Shown here in pieces: positions 1-10,860 of a DNA stretch of 32,000 nucleotides. The stretch is from an uncultured Gemmataceae bacterium. Its GTDB lineage: Bacteria > Planctomycetota > Planctomycetia > Gemmatales > Gemmataceae. Under the pieces are notes generated by a model. The model saw only the letters and a program-made list of their open reading frames with translations. It did no database searches and was not told the DNA's origin. The position numbers and the translations under genes were made by a program. How positions within the stretch are numbered: the first letter of the stretch is position 1; each line of letters starts with the position of its first letter. The stretch is from the NCBI GenBank assembly GCA_963804745.1, contig CAWDRY010000038.1, forward strand, positions 56,047 to 88,046. Reading direction: 5' to 3'.

Positions 1-619
1 GTGCCTTCGCCATCTCGACCATCTCCGATGCAAGCTGCCGTTTCGTTTCCGCAGATGGATCTTCCCACTCGAACCCGAACTCCGCTGCTGCCCAATTCAT
101 GTTGCCCAGAGTTTTCTTGTACAGGTGGACGAATGAAATGACGACCTCGTTCTGTAACTCCCTCCAGGTCGCGGCAAAGCGTTTCAAAGTTTCGGCGGTG
201 GAAATCAAGTGGCGTCAGCGATGACACCACAATCGTGTCGTAGCGCCAGACACAAACACTAAGGCCGTACGTCTCTGCCAATCCCGCAATGCATCAACGC
301 TGCGGCGAGCATTGACCACAGAAAACTCTAGCGCCTTCGGGTATGCGTTGATGCTGTGCTGAATGATAAATGGGAAACCCCGCTCGTGGACTTGCTTCAG
401 GTGGGGAACAAACGGGCTGATGTTTTTCGTCCAGAAGACGATGCCGTCCACGTCACGGCGTTCAAGTGAAACTCGAATCACCTGGTTGTGGTTCCACGGG
501 TTGACCATCTTGCAATACCCGGCCCGCAAGCGGTTCAAGAACCAATCGCCGTAGAAGGTGGGGATGTCCGTCTTGTAGCTGGCCGAGATTATCATGGCCT
601 TAGCCTTTTCTGCGCACAA
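1..619 (-). CDS. DUF1848 family protein (frameshifted, runs off window edge)
   Basis: ORF 215..619 begins MIISASYKTDIPTFYGDWFLNRLRAGYCKMVNPWN..., a typical DUF1848 N-terminus. Similarity continues in another frame below ~250 (RYDTIVVSSLTPLDFH..., then NEVVISFVHLYKKTLGN). Confidence 0.7.
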
Positions 620-1433
620 TGCGACAGGCGATATCCGGTTTCAACTTGGGTGAACCGAATTTGCTGAAATAGGGTTCCATATCGGCCTTATCTTCATCCC
701 AAGGCATGCATTCCTCGCCCGCGCGGGCAAGAACGAAAGTGAGATTGCTTTTCTTGGCCAGTCCATCGAACCAGTCCGTGAACCGCGAATCATTGTTGTC
801 GACGTAGAGGAGGACGGCACCTGGCTTCATTTGGGTCATCAGTTCGACGAAATACTCCTTCGCCTTGTCCCGAACGGCGAATACCTCGGAGATAAAATAG
901 ATGAGGGTAAAAAGGTCCGCAATGAAGTGTTTCCTGAATAGCCGCCAGCTGGTCGGGTCGGCGACGTTGATTGGCTGATAGCTGGTGGAAATCCGGAACG
1001 TCGATTTGACCTTGTCGTCCACGTCGCTCCAGGACTCGCTCCAGGCGGGGTCGCGATCGAGGATCTGGCATTTCAGTTCTAACCTTTTCTTAGCGTTGTT
1101 GCAGTACTTCATGATTCCGAGGAAATCGCTGCCGGGCCCGCCGCCGATGCACGACACTACAAGCTTGTCGTTGTTGAAGAGCTTCTGCAAGGTCGGATTG
1201 TTGTTGATCTTGCTGTACACAATGTTCGCGTGGGACGTGGTGTAGCGATAGATGTAGGCAAACCGCCGGCAGGGGTCGCTGTAGTCAAGGCAGCCCTTTG
1301 TCAGCAACCTCCTGTAATCACGCGTGAGCTGATCCAGCGCGGCCCGAATGGCTTCGTCTTTGGATACCTCCTTGCCAGGGATCGCCGCATAAGCTTCGTC
1401 TAGTACGGTCTTGATCAGTTGAAAACAATTCAT
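600..1433 (-). CDS. Hypothetical protein, methyltransferase-like (VVSCIGGGPGSDFLGI glycine-rich motif), overlapping the downstream DUF1848 gene
   Basis: Uninterrupted 277-aa ORF with a SAM-binding-like motif; 20-nt overlap with the DUF1848 ORF suggests an operon. Confidence 0.6.
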   Translation of the reverse strand: MNCFQLIKTVLDEAYAAIPGKEVSKDEAIRAALDQLTRDYRRLLTKGCLDYSDPCRRFAYIYRYTTSHANIVYSKINNNPTLQKLFNNDKLVVSCIGGGPGSDFLGIMKYCNNAKKRLELKCQILDRDPAWSESWSDVDDKVKSTFRISTSYQPINVADPTSWRLFRKHFIADLFTLIYFISEVFAVRDKAKEYFVELMTQMKPGAVLLYVDNNDSRFTDWFDGLAKKSNLTFVLARAGEECMPWDEDKADMEPYFSKFGSPKLKPDIACRIVRRKG

Positions 1434-1709
1434 GCTGGGACTCCGAAGAATTGTCCATGTTTAGTAATCATGGACAATTGTAGCGGATCTGCGTGGATCA
1501 TGTCTAGGTTTATTTTCTTCCGGCAACCCATCTGCGATTTACGCATGAACCGATGTTTTCGCAGCACTCAATCGGACATGTCTATTACGTTCGCCTCTAA
1601 CCGCTATGTCTTCGGCCAATCCGGAGCCCCGAGACCTCAACGTGCCGTGCCAGGAGCCCGGAGCAACCCGCTGTCACACATACCGCCCAACATCCGTCTG
1701 CCCGAGGCC

Positions 1710-2203
1710 TCATTGTGCCCCCGTTCCCTCCGCCGCCTGTGCCGCCCTCTTCTCCTCTTTCCGCCTCTGAAATATCTCCTGGCACCTCTCCATCTCTTCC
1801 TCCATCTGTTCTTCCGTCAGCCCGCGGAGATACTCGCACATGGCCGCTATCTCCGAATCAAACTGCGCTGGCTCCGGCTCGAACATCTTGTCCTCGCGCA
1901 CCCTCTGTGACTCGCGGATTCGGCTCAGAATGTCCGAACGCCCTCACGACGATCTTCTCATCCTTGGAGCGCGTTCATCTTGCGCAGCGCGTTCCGCGCT
2001 TCCATGCCCGCGTCTGCGACCGTTTGGTCTTCCGCTTCACGATAGAGCCGAATCCAGACCTCCCTGTACGTCCGCGGCCAATGCCGGCAGCTTTCGGCAT
2101 CCCGCTTACACGCTTCCCCAATCCTCGCCCAACTCGCCCCGGCGGCCCGCAACTCGGCGGCAATGGTAAGCAGTGTCATCATTCTTTCGGAGATGTTGGA
2201 CAT
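1710..2203 (-). CDS. Hypothetical protein with helix-turn-helix-like N-terminus (frameshifted)
   Basis: MSNISERMMTLLTIAAELRAAGASWARIGEACKRDAESCRHWPRTYREVWIRLYREAE... (ORF 1958..2275). The apparent C-terminus (DEKIV..ILSRIRESQRVREDKMFEPE...) is in other frames. Confidence 0.45.
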
Positions 2204-2538
2204 GACGACCTCCTCTTTAGAATTAGCTGGTGTGCCGAAGTGCGGCTGGATCAGACCAACGAAGCGCTCGCCCAACGCGGTCTACTGAGAGTGCATAATC
2301 TCAGCGCCTGGCCGAAGTGCGATATGTAAATATGTTCAGATGGCCCCGTAACAACTATAAGACATAAAATCGCTTTGTCAAGAAAAACCCTCAAAAGTCA
2401 CATTAACCGGTCCTCAGCGGTCGCCCCGCGGCAGTCAGCGACGCAAGCTATGCACATACCAGACCTTGCAGCGAAATTGCCTCTCATCAAAAACTGAAAA
2501 CACCGGTTAAAACCGGACAGTCACTCCAAAAAAAAACT

Positions 2539-3675
2539 TCACTCCGTCATCCCACGCAGTCGCCCAACCACCGCCGCAATCCGCCCGGCCGCCTCATCCA
2601 CTTCCGCCTCGCTCAACAGCGCGCTGAGACTGAAACGCATCGCCGAGTGCAGCACATCGTCCGGCAGTCCCATCGCCTGAAGCACCGGCGACGGCAGCAG
2701 CGATCCGCTCGAACAGGCCGAACCCGTGGAGCAGGCCACGCCGGCCAGGTCGAGATTCATCAGCAGCGAATCAGCCCGGCAGCCGGGGAACGATACGTTC
2801 AACGTGTGCGGCACCCCACCATGCTCCGGCCCGTTCAGCACCACCGGCCCCGCTTGCCGGTTTAACGCTGCCAGAAATCGCTCCCGAAGATCCATAATGT
2901 GTGTCCATCGAACATCCGCTTCCCGCTGCCACATCTCCAGTGCCTTCGCCATGCCCACCACCAGAGCGACCGGTTCGGTCCCCGGACGCCGGCCGTGCTG
3001 CTGGTGACCGCCCCAGAGTTGTGCATCCAACTTTGTGCCACGGCGCAGCAACAGCGTGCCGATGCCCTTGGGGCCGTGAAACTTGTGAACGCTAAACGTC
3101 AACGCCGTTACGCCAAGCTCGTGAAAGCTGACCGGCAGCCTGCCGACGGCTTGCACGGCATCGCAGTGAAAAACGACTCCAGGCTGGCAGCAGCCGGCGA
3201 GCGCTTGCACCGGCTGCACCGCTCCCGTCTCATTGTTGGCAAGCATGACGCTCACCAGCCTGGTCTCCGGCTTTATCATGCTCGGCAGCGTTTCCGCGCG
3301 GACGATTCCACAGCCGTCCACCGGCAACCAATCGACGGCGAACCCGCTAGCCGCGAGTTGGCGGATCGGCTCAACGACGGAAGGATGCTCAATCGGACTG
3401 GCGACAACATGCCCCGGACCGTCACCCGCGAGGCCGAACAAAGCCAGGTTGTTCGCTTCGGTGGCGCCGCTGGTGAAGATGACCTCATCGGCATGTGCAT
3501 CGAGGATGGCGGCAATGGAGTCGCGGGCATCTTCCAAAGCCCGCCGCGCCCGCCGGCCGGCCTGATGAGCGCTCGCCGGGTTGCCGAACACGTCGGTCAT
3601 GAACGGCTGCATGGCTTCCCAAACAGCAGGCAGCAGCGGCGTGGTCGCGTTGTTGTCGAGGTAGATGCAGTGCAT
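2539..3675 (-). CDS. nifS: Cysteine desulfurase, NifS/IscS family
   Basis: 378-aa ORF: MHCIYLDNNATTPLLPAVWEAM, EVIFTSGATEANNLAL, FHCDAVQAVGRLPV, HKFHGPKGIGTLLLRRG and GVACSTGSACSSGS motifs. Confidence 0.93.
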   Translation of the reverse strand: MHCIYLDNNATTPLLPAVWEAMQPFMTDVFGNPASAHQAGRRARRALEDARDSIAAILDAHADEVIFTSGATEANNLALFGLAGDGPGHVVASPIEHPSVVEPIRQLAASGFAVDWLPVDGCGIVRAETLPSMIKPETRLVSVMLANNETGAVQPVQALAGCCQPGVVFHCDAVQAVGRLPVSFHELGVTALTFSVHKFHGPKGIGTLLLRRGTKLDAQLWGGHQQHGRRPGTEPVALVVGMAKALEMWQREADVRWTHIMDLRERFLAALNRQAGPVVLNGPEHGGVPHTLNVSFPGCRADSLLMNLDLAGVACSTGSACSSGSLLPSPVLQAMGLPDDVLHSAMRFSLSALLSEAEVDEAAGRIAAVVGRLRGMTE

Positions 3676-3731
3676 GGGTATTTGTTATCATTATGGCGCC
3701 TGAGTCAAGGGCCGTCAGGAGATAAATCACC

Positions 3732-5530
3732 ATGATTCGCAAGCATTGGCTTCTTATCACCGTCGTCCTGGTGGTTCCCGTCTTGATTCTGCTTCTGGCC
3801 GTTGGCGGGTACTTCGTCGTGTGGCCGTGGCTGACTCCTGCCGTCGCCAAGCCGCGGCCTGTTATCACCGTCGAGGCAGTCTATCCGGGAGCCAACGCCC
3901 AGATCGTCGCTGACGCCGTGGCCGCGCCGTCGAACAGCAGCTCAACGGCGTCGAGAACATGGTATTCATGCATTCACAGTGCGGGAACGACGGAGCCTAC
4001 ACGCTGAACGTAACATTCAAGCATGGAGTCAATCCCGATTTTGCCCAGGTACTGGTCCGGAATCGCGTCAACCTTGCTCATCCGGTCCTGCCGGATGCGG
4101 TCAAGAAAACAGGCATTACAGTCAGGAAGAGGTCCCTTAATGCAGTCATGTTCGTGGTCGTGTCTTCGCCCGACAACAGCCGGGACATCCTCTATCTCGG
4201 CAACTATGCCAATATCCATCTCAGAGACGAGCTAGCCCGACTTCCCGGCGTCGGAGACATCACTGTCATCGGCGCGCGGGAGTTCGGTATGCGCATCTGT
4301 CTCGATCTTGAAAGAATGGCGGCCTGCAACGTGACGGTCTCCGATGTGACCAAAGCGATCAAGGAGCAGCCCGTTGCCGATCTACAGCAGATCGAGAACA
4401 TCAATCTGAAAGCTGACCCCGACAGAATGGTCCGCCTGAAGGACGTGGCTCGGGCGGAACTGGGAATGGACTATCCAGCAAGTTTTGCTCGCCTCAATGG
4501 TAAGCCCGTCGTGGTCATGGGCGTTTACCCCATGCCGCTGTCTTCTCCGCGCGAGTTGAATGTCGCGGTGCAGAACAAGCTGTCGGAACTACGGGGATTG
4601 CTCCCCAATGGCATTGCTGTTGATGTCGCCTTCAACTTCACTCCGAACCTTGTGGCCTCGAACCTGGGGACGCCACCTGAGTACCTGCGGCTCGACATCT
4701 CCTTGCCGGATGGCGTGTCGGTGGAGCGTACTCAGGAAGCTGTGAAACATTGTGAGCAGTTGCTCAACGAAGTGGCAGGTGTGCAGGATATCCTGGCCCT
4801 GAGCGTCCCTCCGTTCACTGCTTCCAGCAACCAGGCCGGCATTCTGCTACATCTGGCTCCTGCGAAGCAGAGACAGGCCAATCGGGAGCAACTCATGCAG
4901 ACTATCCGCGCCCGGCTCCGTGATGGACTGCCGGAAGCGCAGGCACGGGTGTGCGATGTAACGAAGTCGAGCCGATTTCCGCTGGGTGGTTACCCCATCG
5001 AACTCGCCATCCAAGGCCCGGAGCCGGATAAAGTGAGAAGGTTGGCACGCGAGCTAGCTGATCGGCTACGCCAGAGCGAGAAACTGACGGACGTGGGGAC
5101 GAGCGCGGGGGCCGCGTTGGCGCCAAATATCGACATGACCATCGACAGAGCCAGGGCGAAAAGGCTGGGAGTTTCGATGGAGGACATTGACAATACCTTG
5201 CGGGTTCACCGCGGCGCATTTTACGTCAAAGTGAACGTGCAAGTGGATGCCGATGCCCGCAAGCGGATCGATGATCTTAGCATGATGTTGCTCCGCAATG
5301 ATAAGGGGGAAATCGTCCCATTGGCTGCTGTCGTCGAAGTGCATGCAGTGGACTGGCCTGTGGTTGCCGAGCGATTCAACATGAACCCGATGGTGGGAAT
5401 CACGGCCAATCCCGCGCCCGGAGTCTCCCTGAAGGAGGCCCGGTCGCTCTGCGAGACCTTGGCGCAAGAGGTCTGCAAGGAACTCGGAGTGTCGGCGGAG
5501 TACCGGTTGACGTGGATGCAGGAACCGTAG
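3732..5530 (+). CDS. RND efflux permease-like protein lacking the transmembrane bundle (one N-terminal TM plus two fused periplasmic halves); apparent frameshift near 3925-3930
   Basis: N-terminal TM LLITVVLVVPVLILLLAVGGYFVVW, then AcrB-like porter/docking sequence. Frame switch restores VEQQLNGVENMVFMHSQCGNDGAYTLNVTFKHG. The first half ends FNFTPNL and is followed directly by second-half sequence EYLRLDISLPDGVSVERTQ...; stop at 5530. Confidence 0.75.
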
Positions 5531-5561
5531 TAGCCGAGACCGGAGTGGCTCATGACGTTTC

Positions 5562-5984
5562 TTGAAGGAGGGAGGTTCGACGACGTTCCGGCGCTGCCGC
5601 AAGCAACGCGGCCTGGAGCCGGATAATTGTTACTGGATCGTGAGCGAGCCACAGGTTCGCGGCAAGCTCGAAATCGACCTGGCCATAGACCCACCTCCAG
5701 ACCTGGCGATCGAGGTCGACGTCACTCATGGTTCGCTCGCTCGTCTTGACATCTATGCCGCACTCGGCGTGTCAGAGGTGTGTCGCTTCGATGGACAGAC
5801 ACTCACATTCCATGTGCTGGAAAATGGGAGTTACAGCGTGAGTCCGGACAGCCGAACATTCCCGGGCTTGACAGCGGACGACCTGATCGGCTTTGTCATT
5901 CTGCGCATGCAGATGGATGAGAACGCGGTCGTCCGGCAGTTCCGTGCCTGGATCCAGGAGCGGATAGCAACTGGCTGGAAGTGA
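5562..5984 (+). pseudogene. Uma2 family (DUF820) endonuclease fragment, N-terminus missing
   Basis: RGLEPDNCYWIVSEPQVRGKLEIDLAIDPPPDLAIEVDVTHGSLARLDIYAALGVSEVCRFDGQTL matches the Uma2 core; the usual N-terminal region is absent upstream. Confidence 0.65.
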
Positions 5985-6078
5985 TTCTTCCGTCCGGAAC
6001 GCAGCGAGCCGCTGCTTTCGTGCTTGGCGATACTCGATCATGCAAGTAGAATGGCATCTCAAGAGAAAAAGGGGCATT

Positions 6079-6312
6079 ATGTCCAAACACACCAAAACCA
6101 TTCCCAAGAAGAGATCGAAGCGTGACGGCCGGCCTTCCAAGGCGAACTCCGTTTCGGAAGGTCCTCTGGACATCGAAGTCCTGGCGGCTCAGCAGGGGGT
6201 GAAGCCCATCGAAAAGCCAGAGGATCTGCGCGGCGACTTCTGGCCGGAAGATGAGAGCGTCGATGACTTCTTGAAGGCCAGAAAGCGCTGGCAGCGCGAG
6301 GGACGGAGGTAG
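6079..6312 (+). CDS. Putative antitoxin partner of the VapC-like toxin
   Basis: Small 77-aa ORF (MSKHTKTIPKKRSKRDGRPS...) ending 5 nt before the PIN-domain gene. Confidence 0.55.
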   Translation: MSKHTKTIPKKRSKRDGRPSKANSVSEGPLDIEVLAAQQGVKPIEKPEDLRGDFWPEDESVDDFLKARKRWQREGRR

Positions 6313-6317
6313 TCGCC

Positions 6318-6719
6318 GTGGCGGTCGTTGTCGATACCAACATCGTTTCGTTCCTGTTCAAGGGCGACACGCGCGGTGACCTATATCTGCCTCACTTGAT
6401 CGGCGAGGTGGGTGTGATTTCTTTCATGACTCTGGCCGAATTGCACCGTTGGGCCCTGGAACGCAACTGGGGACAGGCCAGGAAAGCACGGATGCAACGG
6501 TTCCTACGTCGCTACGTCCTTCACCCCTATGATCGCAGCCTGTGCTTGAGGTGGGCCGAAGTCAGTGACCAGGCGCGTCGCAAAGGGCGGCCCATCGGTG
6601 TCGCGGATGCCTGGGTCGCGGCCACGGCTCTGACGTTGGACATCGCGCTGGTGACGCACAATCCCGGTGATTACGCTGGCGTGACGGGTTTGACGATCAT
6701 CACAGAAGCTGGGCCTTAA
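6318..6719 (+). CDS. vapC: Type II toxin, VapC family PIN-domain ribonuclease
   Basis: MAVVVDTNIVSFLFKGD, ISFMTLAELHRWA, GVADAWVAATAL, LVTHNPGDYAGVTGLTII: conserved PIN acidic residues. Confidence 0.88.
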   Translation: MAVVVDTNIVSFLFKGDTRGDLYLPHLIGEVGVISFMTLAELHRWALERNWGQARKARMQRFLRRYVLHPYDRSLCLRWAEVSDQARRKGRPIGVADAWVAATALTLDIALVTHNPGDYAGVTGLTIITEAGP

Positions 6720-6772
6720 AGGCAGGTCGGGTAGCATGAAGCGGGTTGCCCGCCAGACCATTCACGAACTGT

Positions 6773-7680
6773 TCACGCCGATTCACGCCGCTCTGTCTCA
6801 CCTTCCCCCAGGAACGTCGCCAACCCCGTCGCTGCCGCTTGCCGATAGATCGGCTCCAGCACGTCAAGAAACCGCTCGGCACCTCGCCAGAACGGGAAAC
6901 TCCCCAGTCGTTTCGGCAACGCCGCGGATACCGGCGGCGTCTGCACGTCGCCGAAAAAGTCGTCCGGGAGGCTCGCTCCGGTCCAGAAGGTCGCCGGATC
7001 GGCGGTCAATGGTTCGGCCGGCAGGGCCGCAGTTTGTTCAGCTTGGGAGGCCTCTTCTTTGTCTCTTTGGTGACACCCGCTTCGCCGAGCAAGCGGCAGC
7101 AATTCTTCCCGGCTCAGGCCGCGCAGCTTGAAGATGAGGAACGGATCGCGGTCGAATTCTTCGCCCAGCAGATAGTAGACCGCGGCGATGTGCTTGCACG
7201 GGTTCGACCAGTCGGGGCAGGAACAGTCTGTTTTCAGATCGCCGAGCTTTTCGGGGAAGAGCGACAGCTTCACTTCCTTGAAGACCTGCTCGATGTCCTG
7301 CGGCATCTCGCCGGCCAGGAGCTTGGCCGCGAACAGGGCCTGGCGAGAGAGCGCATCGGCCAGCTTCTTCCATTCCGCGGCGGAGAGAGGCTTGACCTCG
7401 ATGGTGATGTCGTAGGGTTTCGGGCGCGATCCCTGCACCTTGGCCTTGACCTTGCCCTTGTCGATATCGACGGACAGCACCTGGCCTTTGCGGGCATACG
7501 ACCGGCCGCGGCCGAGGCGGGCGCCGATGTCGAAGCTCTCCAGCACGGCGATCCAGCGCTTGGCCCACCAGCTTTGGCCGAAGCCGCCGCGCTTCGACTG
7601 GGCCTTGATGCCGCCCTTGGCCGCCCTCGGCACGGAACGGGGAAAACGGGGGAAGAAGTCGTAACGGCGGTCGCCACATG
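6773..7680 (-). CDS. SWIM zinc finger family protein (start obscured, possible frameshift)
   Basis: [66 protein letters not shown]... [37 protein letters not shown]. Confidence 0.82.
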
Positions 7681-10600
7681 TTATTCTCCCAGTGCTTCCT
7701 TGCGAAGCGCAAACAGCTCCTTCAGTTGATCGTTCGACAACTCCGTCAGCCAGCCTTCGCCCGCTGCCGACGACGCGGGCGGCGATGTCCTTCTTGCGTT
7801 CGATCATCGCGTCGATCTTCTCTTCCAGCGTGCCGACGCACAGGAACTTGTGGACCTGGACGTTGCGCGTCTGGCCGATGCGGAAGGCGCGGTCGGTCGC
7901 CTGGTTCTCCACCGCCGGGTTCCACCAGCGGTCGAAGTGGAAGACGTGGTTGGCGGCGGTCAGGTTGAGACCGGTGCCGCCGGCCTTGAGCGACAGGATG
8001 AAGATGGACGGGGTATCAGGGACTCACGTCCGCCGCTCGCCTGGAAGCGCTCCACCATGCGGTCGCGCTGCTTCTTGGGGACGCCGCCGTGCAGGAAGAG
8101 CACCTCGCGGCCGAAGGTCTCCTGCAAGTGGCGCTGGAGGATCGCGCCCATCTCGCGTGAACTGGGTGAAGACCAGGGCGCGGTCGCCGGTCTCGGCGAT
8201 TTCCTCCAGCATTTCGGTCAGGCGGGCCAGCTTGCCGGAGCGGTCCGGGATGGCCGAGTTGTCGCCGAGGAACTGGGCCGGATGGTTGCACACCTGCTTG
8301 AGCTTGGAGAGCGTCGCCAGGATCACGCCCTTGCGCTGGATACCCTCTTGTGCCTTCTCCAGAGTGTTGGTCGCCTCCTCGACCACGGCGGCGTAGAGCG
8401 AGGCCTGCTCCTTGGTCAGCGTGCAGAAGACCTTCATCTCCAGCTTGTCGGGCAGGTCGGCGATGATCGACTTGTCGGTCTTGAGACGGCGGAGCAGGAA
8501 GGGGCCGGTCAGCCGTTTCAGCCGCTTGGCTGCCTCGGGATCGTGGCCGGCCTGGATGGGGATGAAGAACCGTGCGCTTGAAGTCGGCCTGGGTGCCGAG
8601 GAAGCCGGGGTTGAGGAACTCCATGATCGACCACAGGTCGCCGACGTGGTTTTCGACCGGGGTGCCGGTGAGGGCGATGCGGTAGTCGCCCGGCAGCGAG
8701 CGTGCGGCCTTCGCCTGCTTCGTTTCGGGGTTCTTGATGTTCTGCGCCTCGTCGAGGATGACGCCGGCCCAGTCTACTTCCTTGAAAATGTCGAGGTCGC
8801 GGTGGAGCAGGGCGTAGCTGGAGAGGACGAGAGCGTGCTTCTCCGCCTCCTTCTTGAACGCGGGGCCTTTCTGGCGCTGACCGCCGTGGTGAACCAGGAC
8901 CGGCAGATCGGGCGTGAAGCGCTCCGCTTCCTTGTGCCAGTTGCCGACGACGGACATGGGGCAGATGAGCAGCACCGGTCGCCGGCCATTGCTTTCCCAG
9001 TCGCGCTGGATGAGGGCGAGCGTTTGCACGGTCTTGCCGAGACCCATGTCGTCGGCCAGGCAGGCGCCCAGGCCCGAACGGCGCAGGAAGCCGAGCCAGG
9101 AGTAGCCGCGCACCTGGTAAGGACGCAGCGTGCCGTGAAACCGTGCCGGCGATGACAGTTCTTCAAACGCGGTCCGACCCTCCAGTTGAGCCAGGAAGTC
9201 CTTGACCCAGCCGTCGGCGCTGACACCGTCGATGGCGAGACCGCCCGGCGCCTTGGTACGCGCCCAGGGCCATCTGCACGACCTCGCGAAGTGTCGTCTT
9301 GCCGGTTTCCTTGTTCTTCCAGAAATCGAGGGCCGCCTGGATTTCGTCGGCATTGAGCTGCACCCACTGGCCGCGCACCCTGACCAGCGGCGCCTTGAGC
9401 TTGGCCAGGGTTTCGAGTTCTTGCAGCGAGAGTAGCTGGTCGCCGATGGCCACTTGCCAGTCGAACGCGAGGGGATCGCCGAGAGATACGCCGCTGGTGT
9501 TCTTCATCTTGGGGGACTTGACGTTCGCCCGGACGCTCAGCCGCAGCTTGGTGCCCTTGCGCGTCCACCATGCCGGCAGCATGACGCCGAATCCCGCTTG
9601 TTCCAGCAGCCAGGCTTGTTCGGTCAGGAAGGTGTGCGCGCCAGTGGCATCGAGTTCGTAATCGGCAGGCGTGGCCGTCTTGAGGCTGGCCTCGACCGGC
9701 GGGCAGACACGCGCCGCCTGGCCCAGGGCAGCGAGCAGGTATTCGCGCGGATGGAAACCGTTGCGCTGCAAGACTGCCGCCTTGCGTCCTTTGGCCGTCC
9801 AGGCCTCCTCGACGGGAACGAGCAGGCTGGGATCGTCGGCGGCTTGCAAGAGATAACGGAGCCGCCAGGGATCGCGTGCGGACTCCATCGAGAGCGATCT
9901 CGTCACCATTAACCTTGGGTTCCTCCAGCCGAAAGCAGAGCCGAAACGGAGTCACTGCCGACACGGCGACAGGCCGTTGCCATTCGCGGACTTGCTCGGC
10001 CAGCTTGTGCAGTTCGGCTGCAGCGCCGGTCAAGTTGTCCTCGTCGGAACGCAGCGCATGCAGCCATTGATCGTGAACACTGTCGAAGGATGCCTTCGCC
10101 ATCTTGCGAACAGGCGCCGCGACGAGTGCGACCGGCGCGGCCGAGGAGCGGACCAGGGCATCGACCATCTTGTCGAGGAAGGCGGAGAGCACCGTAGCTG
10201 CCGGCGTGGCAGGCGGCTGGTCGCTCGACTCAGTACACAAGGCCCGGCACGCCGGGGGCATGGCTTGCGCGAGTTGGCGGAAGCGTTGCGCATCGTTCCC
10301 GGCCAGGATCGGCTTCCAGCGGGCGTGGATGCCGTCTTCCATCTCCACCAGGTCCGGCAGGAACTGCTCGCGGGCCACCAGCGCACCGGCGAGGCGAAGC
10401 GCGGTTGTCCAGTATGCCAGCGTTTTGCCGACGACCACGCCAGGTGCCAATGTTTCTCGATCCTGTACAGGCGCAGAGCAAATCGACGGCCTGAGCGGTG
10501 GTCAGGTACAGTGCCGGCACGGTCCAGGGAGAGAGTGTCACTTCGGCGGCCGGCGGCCGGCGGTTCGGCAATGAGCGGGCTGGAGGCTATCGGCTGCTGC

Positions 10601-10818
10601 TGCGCCGTGGGCAACCAAACAATAACGGCCAGGCTTGCATGGGAATTGCCCACCGCTCTGGCAAGATGTTCAGCATCGGCGGCAAAGGGGAGGGCAGGGG
10701 AGTCCGGAGTTTTCGGCTTGCGGCCTCGTGCCTTGACGGTGACAGCCCGAAGCTCCAGGGGCCGTTCACCCCAGACCAGGAATTGATCGTTACTGATGCC
10801 TGCTTGCAAGACGATCAT
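7681..10818 (-). CDS. SNF2-family DEAD/DEAH helicase, split over several frames
   Basis: N-terminus [23 protein letters not shown] (ORF 10030..10818); [51 protein letters not shown]-like and VFTQF segments (ORFs around 8016..9353); C-terminus [30 protein letters not shown]... plus [22 protein letters not shown] in a further frame. Confidence 0.85.
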
Positions 10819-10860
10819 AAGTGGCGTCCTTCCGTGCGGTCAGTATATGACTGGTCATCA

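Noticed and set aside
6736-10786. Numerous plus-strand ORFs over the helicase/SWIM region (e.g. 6746..7729, 7692..8396, 9977..10786)
   Set aside because: They are antisense shadows in high-GC DNA; the conserved SWIM and SNF2 protein motifs are on the minus strand.
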